A DNA stretch of 62,000 nt from Wallemia ichthyophaga EXF-994 (GCF_000400465.1 NW_008806277.1:206001-268000), one strand, 5' to 3'; shown: positions 1 through 10,669, counted from the stretch's first letter. Notes: generated by a model not told the origin, from the sequence alone. Made by a program: numbers and translations.

Positions 1-180
1 GATAAAACGCACATTCTCTGGTACTCTTAAGCATACGATTTCATAATCATCATCTTTAGCCAGCTTTAACCAATCAACGCTGCTAGATTGATCGACTCCT
101 TTCAATTTGAAGCCTTTTGGTGGTTTGTATCTACTTGCATTAGAATACAATGACTGTTTGTCGAAATATAACTAACTCAT
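1..180 (-). CDS. 5' part of a probable RNA polymerase I subunit RPA34-like gene (runs off the window start)
   Basis: ATG AG|gttagt...ctaat...tag| joins to MRYKPPKGFKLKGVDQSSSVDWLKLAKDDDYEIVCLRVPEN, which resembles the Rpa34 N-terminus (Y.PP.GFK...LW.IRVP). Confidence 0.5.
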
Positions 181-355
181 TTAATTGCCTGCTCGTTTCC
201 TCCTCTCCGACACTCTCACTTGGGCTTCTCTCTGGAGAAGACATGATAGTAAATTTAAAAGAATACATTTAAATGGCGGCAATTAAAACGTTTCAAAATA
301 ATTGAAAGATATTTACAGTGTCCTTATTCCATTCCGCTGGGCTCAGCGCTCACGT

Positions 356-1216
356 TTAGAGCAAGTAGACTGCTGCACCGAGGATGATTGCACCCATAGC
401 AGCAAAAGCCTTGCTCTTTGATGCAGATGAGTCATCATCTTTATCACCGCTGCCATTGTCGTTACTGGTGCTTTTGTTGGTGCTGCTGTCACCATTCTCG
501 TCAATGATGTTCTTCTCGCTGTTGCTGATGTTGTTATCGGTGTTGTTGTAAGATTCGCTGTTATCGTCATAGTCAGCCTTTCCAGTATTAGTTGCGTTGA
601 GAAGCGTCTCATTGAATGTTCCGGTCATACCAGTGAGCTATTCGAGCTGTCAACTACGCAATAAAGATTCAATAATTATCACTCACTCCAAATATTCCTG
701 TGTATGCGATGTAAGGGTAACCATAATTTGACGCTTCTTCGGTCTGAGCTGGGAGACTGTCTGAAACAATGCGAAGAGAGCTGTTTGCTTCTTAGAGATA
801 GTGTCTTCTAAATAAGCTTTATACTCACTAGAATATTCCATCTTGACCGACGTCTGGATCGATCGTTGTGGTGAATTCTTTTTCAGTCGCGTCGACGGTA
901 CCAAGTTGGCTCAATGGTACCATAGCCAACTATAAATTCGTCAGAACGCTCCCATTTCTGACTTAAACCAACTCACAGACTCATTTCCTGCGAAGAGGTA
1001 AATATGTGATTGACCAATATCGCTCAAAGTAACATTATCTCCTTTTTGAGTCCATTTCACCGTGTATTCATTGCCTGCCTCAACCTTATCTCCAGAAAGT
1101 GGTTGAGTGATAGCCTGCTTCAAGTCGGCCTCAATGCGTTCGAGTATACATTCAACCCACAAGGTTAGCGAGAGTTTTTGATGCGATTGCAGATAAAGCG
1201 AAAATTGATTTCAACA
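356..1216 (-). CDS. Secreted, probably GPI-anchored cell-wall protein with Kre9/Knh1-like N-terminal domain (copy A), multi-exon
   Basis: Signal peptide MLKSIFALSAIASKTLA. Domain ITQPLSGDKVEAGNEYTVKW...Y.FAG...LTGMTGTF. D/N/S-rich linker and hydrophobic C-terminus (AFAAMGAIILGAAVYLL). Canonical short introns join the ORF-track pieces. Confidence 0.75.
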
Positions 1217-2033
1217 TTTTAAACGCAAAAGTTCTGTAACCGTGGTAATCTTGTTGAAAAGAGCGTCTTCGTTGCTTAAATTGTGGTAGGTCCGTGCCAA
1301 GTGTAAGCCCGTGCAGTTAGGTACGCAGGACAAAAAAGCTATCGCATTATACAGTCTCTTTTATCTTTTGTAATACAATTTGCTTCTTTTCTGGCTTGCC
1401 ATCAAGATATTTTGCGCGCGGCCCTGCCAAAGCATGATAAGCCTGAGACATGTTGAGGGTACTTGACAATCACGACGGTTGCAAGCGAATTTTGCAAGGC
1501 TTCATCTAAGTCAATTATGCAGAATGGATTGGCGGAACCATTGAATAGTAAGACTTCCAAGGGGTATAAGCTCCTTAGAGACGGATATCTGTGGCGAGTG
1601 AAAGTAAGTGTCGAGCAGTTCTATTGTGGGCTACCGTCATCGCAAAGGCGCCTCCAGCAGATAAATACGTTGCGCATCTGTTACGCATGGATACCGACAT
1701 TCGTGCTTGTGGTAACACATGCATGGCAAGCTTATACACGCTGAAATAGAGCTAGATCTTTTCAGGTGACTCTGAAAGCCGCAAAACTCCTTCAAGCGCG
1801 AAAATGAGGACGATCTATCTGCCGTCTCGAAACAAAAGAAAGTCACGCTTCGAGACAAGTGTTTATAGCACAGTCTTATGTAAGCACATACTCTAAAGCA
1901 TGTAATGACAGACCTAAGCCTGATCAGAACGACTTCTTGGTCTATTTAGATGGGATGCCTGTGTCAGTCTCTCAAAAACAAATATGTTCACAGCGTCATC
2001 GTCATGAATGTTTAAGCTAATCTGAATATGTAT

Positions 2034-2157
2034 ATCATGTACATAAAATAGTTTACTCGGCCTTTGGAGCTGGCAATGGGGCTTGTGCCTTCTTGCCACG
2101 GACCTTCTTGGCTGGAGCATCCTTCTTTTGGCCTTTAGAAGCGTAAATGGCTGAAAC
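2034..2157 (-). pseudogene. Orphan copy of the RPL28 last-exon tail (VSAIYASKGQKKDAPAKKVRGKKAQAPLPAPKAE*) plus start of the 3' UTR
   Basis: 124 bp identical to 4179-4302. It lacks the native splice acceptor and the first five codons of the exon. Confidence 0.85.
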
Positions 2158-2371
2158 AATGGCAACAACGGTCATCGATATACAACTTACACGATGAGCT
2201 GCCTGCTCGTCCTACTCACCGGCAATGTCACTTTAGCTTCTCTCCGAACAAGATATGATGATATTTCAAAATGTATTACTTGTATATAAATGGTTACAAT
2301 TAAAACCGCTTAAAAGGATAAAAAGATATTTACAGTGTCCTTCTACATTCCGCTATTCTCAACGCTCACGT

Positions 2372-3228
2372 TTAGAGCAAGTAGACTGCTGCACCGAGGA
2401 TGGTTGCACCCATAGCAGCGAAAGCCTTGCTCTTTGATGCAGATGAGTCATCATCTTCATCACCGTTGTCACCATTGTCACCGTTGCTGTTGTTGTTGTT
2501 GTTGTTTTTGTCACCGCCTGACTCACCGTTGTTGTCCGAATCGCTATCATCTTCGTTGTCCGAATCGCTATCACCGTCGTTGTTAGCCTTTTCAGCACCA
2601 GTTGCGTTGAGGAGTGTTTCATTGAATGTTCCGGTCATACCAGTGAGCTATTCAAGCTGTTAGTTACACAATAAAACCCTAACGCTCATCAACTTACTTC
2701 GAAAATATCAGAGTACGCAATGTAAGGGTAGTCGTATTGCGCCATTTCTGGCTTTTGAGATTGGAGATTGTCTGAAACGACACGGATCGTGCTATTTTTT
2801 GGTTAGAGGTATTTTGCTCCAAATAGGATATTTACCCACTAGTATGTTCCGTTTTGACCGATTTCTGGATCGATCGTAGTGTTGAATTCTTTCTCAGTAG
2901 CGTCGACGGTACCAAGTTGGGTCAATGGAACCATAGAGTCCTATTCATGTGTCAACAAGCTCTCATTCTTCACTGTACCTAGCTCACAGAGTCATTCCCT
3001 GCGTAGAGGTAGACATGTGATTGGCCAATGTCGCTCAAGGTCACATCCTCTCCTCTTTCTACCCATTCCACTGTATATTCTTCACCTCCTTCAATCGTAT
3101 CACCAGAGATTGGTTGGGTGATAGACTGCTTCAAGTAAGCGTCGATGCGTTTCAGTAAACAATACACCCACAAGTCTAGCGAGAGTTGTTGATGCGATTG
3201 CAGATAAAGCGAAAATTGATTCAAACAT
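2372..3228 (-). CDS. Secreted, probably GPI-anchored Kre9/Knh1-like protein (copy B)
   Basis: Paralog of 356-1216 with the same exon layout. MFESIFALSAIASTTLA signal, LTGMTGTFNETLLNAT, acidic DSDSDN repeats, poly-Asn, near-identical hydrophobic tail. Confidence 0.75.
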
Positions 3229-4197
3229 TTTAAACGCCAAACTTTTGTATCGGTGGTAGTCCTGTCGCAAGGAATGTCTTCGTTCGTTAGTAATTCCTGA
3301 AAAGGCCAGTGCGTGGGGTAGACCTTCACTTAGGTACGCAATGTAAAAGACGTTGCCACATTCGTGCAGTCTCTTCCTTTCTATTGCGATGCAGCTTGCA
3401 TCTCTTCTAGCCTGTTATTAAAATTTTCTGTGCACGTCCCTAGAAAAGAATGATAGGCCGCCTCTAAAACAAATTGAGTAACTAAGGTGGCAATCGCTTA
3501 AGCAGCCTGCAGGTCGATATAGCTTGCTTCGATCTGAGTCAACTATGTTGAGTCGATTGTCGAGCCTCAGAGTTGGTGATCATTATTGCTTCCGAAGGAT
3601 AAAAGCTGCTCAGTATTCTGTGGCAAGTATATTCGCCGTCAAGCTGTTGTCTGGGGCACTGTTCTCATCGCACACGAACCTCCAGCAGATGAGTAAATTA
3701 CCATGAATACAGACTTTCGTGCTTATAATGGAGATATTGCACATGCATGGCAGACTTGTATAGACTAAAATAGTGCTGGATCTTTCAAGTGACTCTAAAG
3801 CCGCATTCCCCTTTAAGCACGAAAATGAGGGCGATTCGTCTGCCATCCCAAATCGAAGCAAGGTTACGTTACCATTCGAGACAAGTATTTATAGCACAGT
3901 CTTAGATTAGCACGTCGTCTAAATCAGTCTGCTGTATTCACTGATGCGTTGTTAAACCGACTGACTAGCATCGGTACTGGATCTTGCTTCATAATCGCAG
4001 ATTTGCTCTCTCAACAAATTGAAAGGTTGATCGTTTGTTGCAATGGCAAAACTTAGCCAAGGCAGAAGAAGGTCTCATTCTACATAAATTGTTGTATGCC
4101 TGTGTCATAGAGTCTCTCAAAAGCAAATATGTTCACAGCGTCGTCGTCATAAATGTTTAGGTGAATCTGCATATGTAAATCATGTACATAAAATAGT

Positions 4198-4900
4198 TTA
4201 CTCGGCCTTTGGAGCTGGCAATGGGGCTTGTGCCTTCTTGCCACGGACCTTCTTGGCTGGAGCATCCTTCTTTTGGCCTTTAGAAGCGTAAATGGCTGAA
4301 ACCTTAGCAACAGCTGGCTGAAATTGCAAGTTAATACGCAATATAGGAGTCTCAATCGAGAGTATAAACTGAGGTTTAGTTTTATCAATGTCATTCGCTT
4401 GAATGGCCAGAGAGGTACGATGAAGTCTTGAAGACAACACCAATCTGGTAAAGTGATGCGAATATTTTAATATAGCAACACAAATACGCCTGACCTTTCA
4501 AAAAGTATTTCGAGGGGGTTCTAGCGTGTTGCGATCGCAGTTTATACTCTCGATTGGATTGAGGTTTATCACTCACCTTGACAAGATCTGGGCGAGTAGT
4601 AGCAACAACATTGGCAGTTGACTTGTAAGCACGACGCTTTCCTCCAGTGACTTGGGTCTTAGCGAAGCCCTTGTTCCATTGGTTGACTGGGGCCTTGGTC
4701 TTACGAGCAACGATTACAGCACCCTTGTCGTGTGGGTTGACACCAAGAGCCTTTTGACCATTGATGGTTGAAGAGTACTTGTAAGAGTGGTTTGCGAGCA
4801 AGTTACCAGGCTCAGAAGACAACTTGTGGGAACCTGGTGCACTTGGGCGAATGAAAGAGGAAGATTTACGCAACAAGAGCCATTGGAGATCACCTGACAC
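4198..4900 (-). CDS. RPL28: 60S ribosomal protein L28 (eL28), two coding exons, 259-nt intron at 4318-4576
   Basis: MSGDLQWLLLRKSSSF...EPGNLLANHSYKYSS...RPDLVK|PAVAKVSAIYASK. GTGAGT donor at 4576 and TTTCAG acceptor at 4318. Confidence 0.93.
4353..4556. repeat. Perfect 19-bp inverted repeat (4353-4371 / 4538-4556) bracketing the intronic snoRNA
   Basis: caatcgagagtataaactg is the exact reverse complement of cagtttatactctcgattg. Confidence 0.95.
4386..4535 (-). ncRNA. Intronic box H/ACA snoRNA candidate
   Basis: Hairpin 1 closed by GCAACAC/GTGTTGC, then an H box (ATATTA = ANANNA). Hairpin 2 closed by ATTCGC/GCGAAT with upper stem CCAGA/TCTGG, then ACA plus 3 nt. About 150 nt long, inside an intron roughly five times the usual length. 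Confidence 0.75.
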
Positions 4901-5229
4901 TGGAGAATCGTTGTTAATACGTTAAAGCACATTAAATTCTAATTCTAACTTTTTTCAAGAGTGCTGTATCGCAAGAGGTTTAGACCAAGCACAAAAACCT
5001 TCACGAGTGAATTTTTTTATTTTAAATATATTCGAATGCTATTTCTTGCTAATCTGCGTGTGTATATATCCTGGCCTCGTCCATCACGCACTCTAAACGA
5101 GGTCTACGCTGTCGTTTGGTCTTCTATTCGACGTCGAGCAGCGCGATCTTATAATCTGCGCCCAAGTATATCGAGTTAAACTTCAAATGATGTCTAGTAC
5201 TCTTTGGGCTGGACGTTCTCTTTCTTAAC

Positions 5230-5265
5230 CAGATGCTAGATGCCAGATGCCAGATGCGAAGATGC
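5230..5265. repeat. Short tandem array, five copies of (N)AGATGC
   Basis: cagatgc tagatgc cagatgc cagatgc gaagatgc, in the spacer upstream of RPL28. Confidence 0.8.
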
Positions 5266-5851
5266 GCAACCTCTAAAGGCAAAATGTTCTTGTCTGGTTT
5301 GGCTACGAAGAGCATCCATCTTGAAATCCATTTCTCGTTTTTATCTCAAATGTAAAGGTAATAGCACTATACTATTATAAGCGATTCCGACATCTTCCAA
5401 CTTTCGCACAAAATACTTGTTGAAAATCGTTCTAGGTCAGAGCTTTGTGGCTAATTAAGAAGTCCAGTTTCGTTCTCGAACTGCATTGCTTGCATTTCTG
5501 AATTTCCAACTTCGGCAGTGCCTTAGATTCGGCAAAAGATGTAAAGATTTGAGGATATATTTCGGTGTTTATCTCTCTTTATTCATTTGGTGATAGTGTG
5601 AAATGATCTATACTATGTCAGTTTACATAATGCACTTTACAGCTTCGCAGACAATCATTACAGCTCCAAGATAGCCGATAATCACAATGCTCGAAAATTG
5701 TTACAATTATTACTAACAATGCAGCAATGCACTAATCACCATGTTTGTAAAGCCAGCTGCACATTCCAAGCAAAGCAGGGTAGACTTTTCATCAGTAATC
5801 TTAATATTATTCAAAAATAGGTCAATACAATAAAGCGTTCGAGTTCGTAAC

Positions 5852-7398
5852 TTAAGGAGTGTATTCATAGTCTACATCTTCATTTGGTCTTCCGTCAGAC
5901 ATCAGAATGACAGAGTAACGACCGGATAATCTCCAATCCTTCTCTTCCTTGTCCAACTTCTCCGCAACACCTGGTGGTAAACCGACGACGACATCCGACT
6001 TGATAGTCCTCATGGAGCAGACAGGTGGTGCTCCAGGTGCCGATGCTAAAGTACCGATGGCCTCACTGAATGGTGTTGTTGGTGGAGCGCGACAGTCGTA
6101 GGTCAATTTGCGGTGGTTGAGATCACCCTTGAAGAAGACCAACTTGGATTGGTGAAGATCCAAGAACAGATCAGGGCTGACCTCAAGCAAGTGATAGAAA
6201 GTGTAACCAGAGATCCAGAATGGGTGTTGCTCGTATATAATCTTTCCTTGCTGTTCGTATCTCTTCCAACGATTACCCAAAGCACGTAATGAGTTCAGTT
6301 CCTCTGCAGTACCCTTGAACAATCTACCATAGCATGCAGAGTTAATTAACCATTCCCAGTCCTTCTTAGTTACGTCAGAAACGAACCAAGCAAATCTCTT
6401 TCCATGAAATTTGACTTGATCAGCTAAGCCAGCTTGGATAAGGAAGTCAGCCAATACCAAATCAGTAAACAACTCGAAACCGGCATTGTCGAGGACAAAG
6501 TCGATTCTACCGTTTTTGTTGTTCTTCAACTGATTCCAGACTCTTTCTATGTCGTTACCGAGGATGTTTTTCTGCGTGGCAGCGAGTTGATCTCCGCCAG
6601 TTGATTGCAAGTTTTTAATATCTTCCTCAGTCATGTCGATCAGGAGGGAAAGATCGGTAGAGTTTCCCCATAAACAAACTTGGAACAATTCCATGAAAAT
6701 GAGTTTTTTGGCATCGTCATTTGGAATGTGGAAGGGCTCAGCAAAACGCGTAGCTAATTCAAAGACGGCGTGAGATGAGCGGGCGAAAGTGTCACACTTT
6801 TGTCTGAAGAATACGTCGTAGTCCTGGAAGTACTTGGAGAAGGAGAAACAAGAGTGAAGACGACGGTACTTGTAAGCTTCAGCAAAGATCCATGGAGCGC
6901 TCATAAAGTCCTTTCCTTGGAAGTACTTCGCGATTTCCTTGTTCCAGATAGCGATATCACCAGAGCCATCGTCAGGGATAGGTGTGAGCTTCTTGTTTGA
7001 TTTGAGATCGTCCATGAGTGTATCCATTCTGAGACAGGATGATTAGAAAGGAACAAACGAAAGGAGAGATCGTACCTTTCAATACAGGAAAGTAAGTCAA
7101 GAATCTCATCTTCCTTTGAAAGTCCATTTAAAGTGATGATTGTGTCTTCGATGGCTTTGCCGAGGATGGTAGGCAAACGACGGCCCATGACATCGTTTGC
7201 GAAGGAGAACGTGTGATAGCCTCGGAAGGCAGGGAATGGAGGAGATTCAGGGTTAACGTACTTTGCGTCGATCTTGTTAGGTTCGGCCATGTAGGAGCGG
7301 GATCTTGGAGGCATGTTCTTCAATCTGAGCTGCACAGAAGAAGGAACAGAGGCGTTAGGAATGTCTACGCTGCCATTTGGTGTTTGTGGTTGAGCCAT
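5852..7398 (-). CDS. ARMT1: Damage-control metal-dependent phosphatase, ARMT1/DUF89 family
   Basis: Motifs LWGNSTDLSL, FVLDNAGFELFTDL, FHGKRFAWFVSDVT and FFKGDLNHRKL. One intron near 7030-7076. Confidence 0.9.
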
Positions 7399-7551
7399 AT
7401 TTGAAAAATTGAAGATGACAGTAAAGGGTTAAGGAGGATGATGAAGAATGTGTGGATTGCACTTAGCCAAAGCGACGTCATCGAGGATAATTGGAGTGCG
7501 GGGAGAGTGGAGAAGATTGGATGATATAAAGTAATGTAAGTGTGAGAGTGT

Positions 7552-8009
7552 TTATTCAGTGGCTACAAATCCTTGTATATCCAAATCATATATGGTCACT
7601 CTACCGTAAAAATCCGTCGAACTGTTGAAAAGCAATTTAATATTGTTGGATATCGTCTTATTGTGATTTATACTGAAAGACTGCATTTTGTTGTTATCCT
7701 CAGGATAAAAGCCATCCTGACCAAGCTGGTTGCTGTTGTGATAATACACAATCTGGCAGCTCTTTCCTGAGAATCCACCTTGAAATGTCAATATCAACTT
7801 ATCTATTATATAGTTTTGACCAAATTTTAGCTGGACAGACTGTGGACTGCCCTGTGCGCTTGACCAGCAAGTGTCACTCGATCCATCGATCAGATTAGAC
7901 TTGTTTGAGAACTTATCGATGTTTGATGAAACCCTGCGTTGATTTGTAAGTTGAACTGCGTAGATACATGCACATACTTGACTTTTGTCTCTTTGTTGAT
8001 AACGCTCAT
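7552..8009 (-). CDS. NR2C2AP: NR2C2AP/TRA16-like galactose-binding-fold protein
   Basis: Spliced MSVINKETKVKVSS...DTCWSSAQG...LTFQGGFSG...FYPEDNNKMQSF...STDFYGRVTIYDL matches the family motifs FQGGF, FYPEDNN and DF.GR..IY. Confidence 0.8.
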
Positions 8010-8035
8010 CTGCACGCTCTTGGTAATATCATCGT

Positions 8036-8674
8036 ATGAGTAGACTGGAAATTTTAAACGGCGATAATTTTAGATTTGATGGTAGGAAGCCACTCGAGTT
8101 TAGGTCTTTAAATTATAAGTTGGATGATAACAACGTTTACTTCAATCAAGGCCTGACTAAGTTGAAAGTTAACATAAGCGGTTATCACAACTTCAATAAG
8201 CAAGATATCAATATATCCGTCAACAACGTCAACTCGAACCTCTCTAAATCAAAAATTGAAAACCTTATCCAGCAATTGAAGTCCACATTCCTCTCCGTCA
8301 TCAGATTCCACTCAAAGTCATCAATACAAATCAATATAGACATATTGAACTTTGATGGTAGCTTACTATCAACCGCCATAAACGCATTATCACTTTCTTT
8401 ATCTTTAAACGGCATCGAACTACTCGATATAGTCACTTCAACAAATATTGGTGTTTTCAACAATAACCTTTTAATAGACTTGAATAATTTCGAAGAACTA
8501 GATTGCCCTTCAATAACTCTAGCCTCTTTATCTAATTTTGAAAGTTTATCTTTAATTAATCTTGATTCAAAGCTACATTCCTCCTTCTTATCTGACATCA
8601 TTTCTCTATCTACTTCGAGTAATCAAGTATTGAGAGATGATTTGTCCAGTATTTTGTTGTCAAATGCTGTTTAA
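8036..8674 (+). CDS. RRP41: Exosome RNase PH-like subunit, Rrp41/Ski6-like, strongly diverged
   Basis: N-terminus MSRLEILNGDNFRFDGRKPLEFR and internal IDILNFDGSLLSTAINALSLSL...LIDLNNFEE. Confidence 0.7.
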   Translation: MSRLEILNGDNFRFDGRKPLEFRSLNYKLDDNNVYFNQGLTKLKVNISGYHNFNKQDINISVNNVNSNLSKSKIENLIQQLKSTFLSVIRFHSKSSIQINIDILNFDGSLLSTAINALSLSLSLNGIELLDIVTSTNIGVFNNNLLIDLNNFEELDCPSITLASLSNFESLSLINLDSKLHSSFLSDIISLSTSSNQVLRDDLSSILLSNAV

Positions 8675-9575
8675 GAACTCCGTTAATGCATTCATCGTTC
8701 TATTCACATCATTGTCCTGCCAAACATTAACTCTCATCCCACCCTTGAATACGATGAACATGGTCGGTTGATACTCATTAACACCTAATATACCTCCAAT
8801 TTCCTTATTCATCATCACATCCAACCTCATGAACCCGTTGTTCATTCCAGGAATTCCTCTTTGAGCAGCTAAATGGTAGAATGCTTGTGATAATTCAACG
8901 CTATTCGATGAATATGTCGTCAATGGTGATACCTTTATTCCCTTTCAATTTCATAATACTCTATACCACGCAACTCACCGTCATCAGAATGGCTTTGTAA
9001 TTACTCATGATTATATTCTGCATCATCTCCTTTGAGATTACATTCAGCGTCGGCCATTGTGGTAAAACATCTGCTGATTGATATTGCGAATTGGGTATCA
9101 TGGGTAGATTCATTCGAATGTTATTTCTGGCATGATCATTTCCCACTCCTCCACCAAGTGCAGCCTGCGTCCCTACCATTCCTGTACCCCCAATTCCCCC
9201 GAAAGACCCCACACTTCCTGCATTGATGAATTCTGGAAACTTAGCTCCACAAAGAAAGTCGATTGCTTTGTCTGTGAACGTATTTCCATTCCTGTACGCC
9301 ACGTTGTAGCTTCCTGCGTTGAACTCACTACAAAGACCATCTAAAAAGTCCTTATATGTGTCCTCGTCTATTTCTGTAATCCCAGTATTGATGACTCTAG
9401 ATGGCGTCCCTTTGTAAGAGCTGCCCGGTGGTGCCAAGGACCTGATGCCTTCATAACTAAACTCAAACTCTCTATTGAATACCACAACGGTTGTGTGACT
9501 TCTCCCGTTACTGCTCAAGTACCTTATTGCCTCGTTGCTCCAATCATAAATGGCTATTTCGACCTTATTTCCCAT
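8660..9575 (-). CDS. PPPDE/DeSI peptidase-like domain fused to a thioredoxin-like domain; catalytic cysteines absent
   Basis: V.IAIYDWS...SHTTVVVFNREFEF...PG...G.P...TG.TEID...YNVAYRNGNTFTDKAIDFLCGAKFP follows the PPPDE pattern. An intron at ~8933-8978 leads to a Trx-like tail (PTMFIVFKGG). Confidence 0.7.
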
Positions 9576-10669
9576 GATGGTATTAATTGTGATATTAAGT
9601 GGTTAATTGTATTTGATTATTGGGTTGTACAAATTAAATGAGCAACGTCGCGATCGCGCTATCGCTGGCGTGTTGATTGTTCAAACAAGAGTACGATAAT
9701 CGTCATTAGTCCAGTTTCTTGCTGAATTTTCTCCCTGTTGATCCCTGTTGAATATAACTTGTTTTGTGTACTCGTGTGTACAACCACAATGGCTCTTTTT
9801 CATTGCCTCCGCTTGGTCACAAGTACCAAAAAAATGAATACGTAATTTGAATGGCTACTTAATTTTGTTTAGTTGTCAAACGACTGTAGGGATGCAACAT
9901 AAAGTGGAGGTCACCTCAGCTTATTATACGATGGCTTACATTTTCAAACTTTCCTAGCTGTTAATTACAAGACAACACCATATTCATCCATACATGAAAC
10001 TTATTGGGGGTTGTCATGTACGTATCTGTAACATAAGATTCTCGGCGTGAAGATTCGAAGACTTTTCAGCGTGAATAAGATCGGCATGGATAGCGACGTG
10101 GATAAATTAAATTGTAGAATGCTAAAATTCACTAAAAATTTGGACAGCTCAAATAATCGAAGTCACACTGCGATGGATCTGATTGGCAGTACTCTAAGCA
10201 AACATCGAACTCGATTAGTGAGCTAGTTTAGGTCCACAAGGAGAAGTTTTAATAAATTGTATAATTAAAACCATTTCAGGCTGATGTTTAAGCAGCATAT
10301 TATACGTCTTTGTAAGAGAAAAGAAGTAAATAAACTGAGTGACGGATGACAAAGTGATTATATGGAATTTTGATTAGAGGCGGCCTAAACGAGATCGGTT
10401 AGCAATCTATGGGTGAGTAAATACTATTAGATGGTATGATATTCTTCAAACGTTGATGATAGATCAAAGCAGCCTCAATGAGTGCTCGTGATGTCATCCG
10501 AAAACTCCGAAGAGTGACTGGAAGTGAGAACCTACTGTATATACTGTACTTTTGAAATCAAGGACGGAATGAATTTACATTTCAAAATGCATGCATTCAG
10601 TTAATTTGTACTGGAAATGACCGAGAGGGAAAACAGTATGGGTTCAGCACAATCATACAGCATTGAGAT

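Larger units (their letters stand above)
186..4302. repeat. Tandem segmental duplication, units ~186-2157 and ~2200-4302
   Basis: Collinear similarity across both cell-wall genes, their upstream non-coding regions and the RPL28 3' end. Examples: gcctgctcgt at ~188 and ~2201; gagacaagt...ttatagcacagtctt at ~1852 and ~3879. Confidence 0.9.

Noticed and set aside
1463-1858. ORFs in the duplicated spacer (and counterparts at 3524-3861)
   Set aside because: Reading frames are not conserved between the two copies, so this is treated as non-coding.
8185-8601. Antisense or shadow ORFs overlapping real genes (also 2400-2663, 23442-23975, 34569-35023, 60070-61130 and many others in the track)
   Set aside because: Explained by codon structure of the gene on the other strand or frame.
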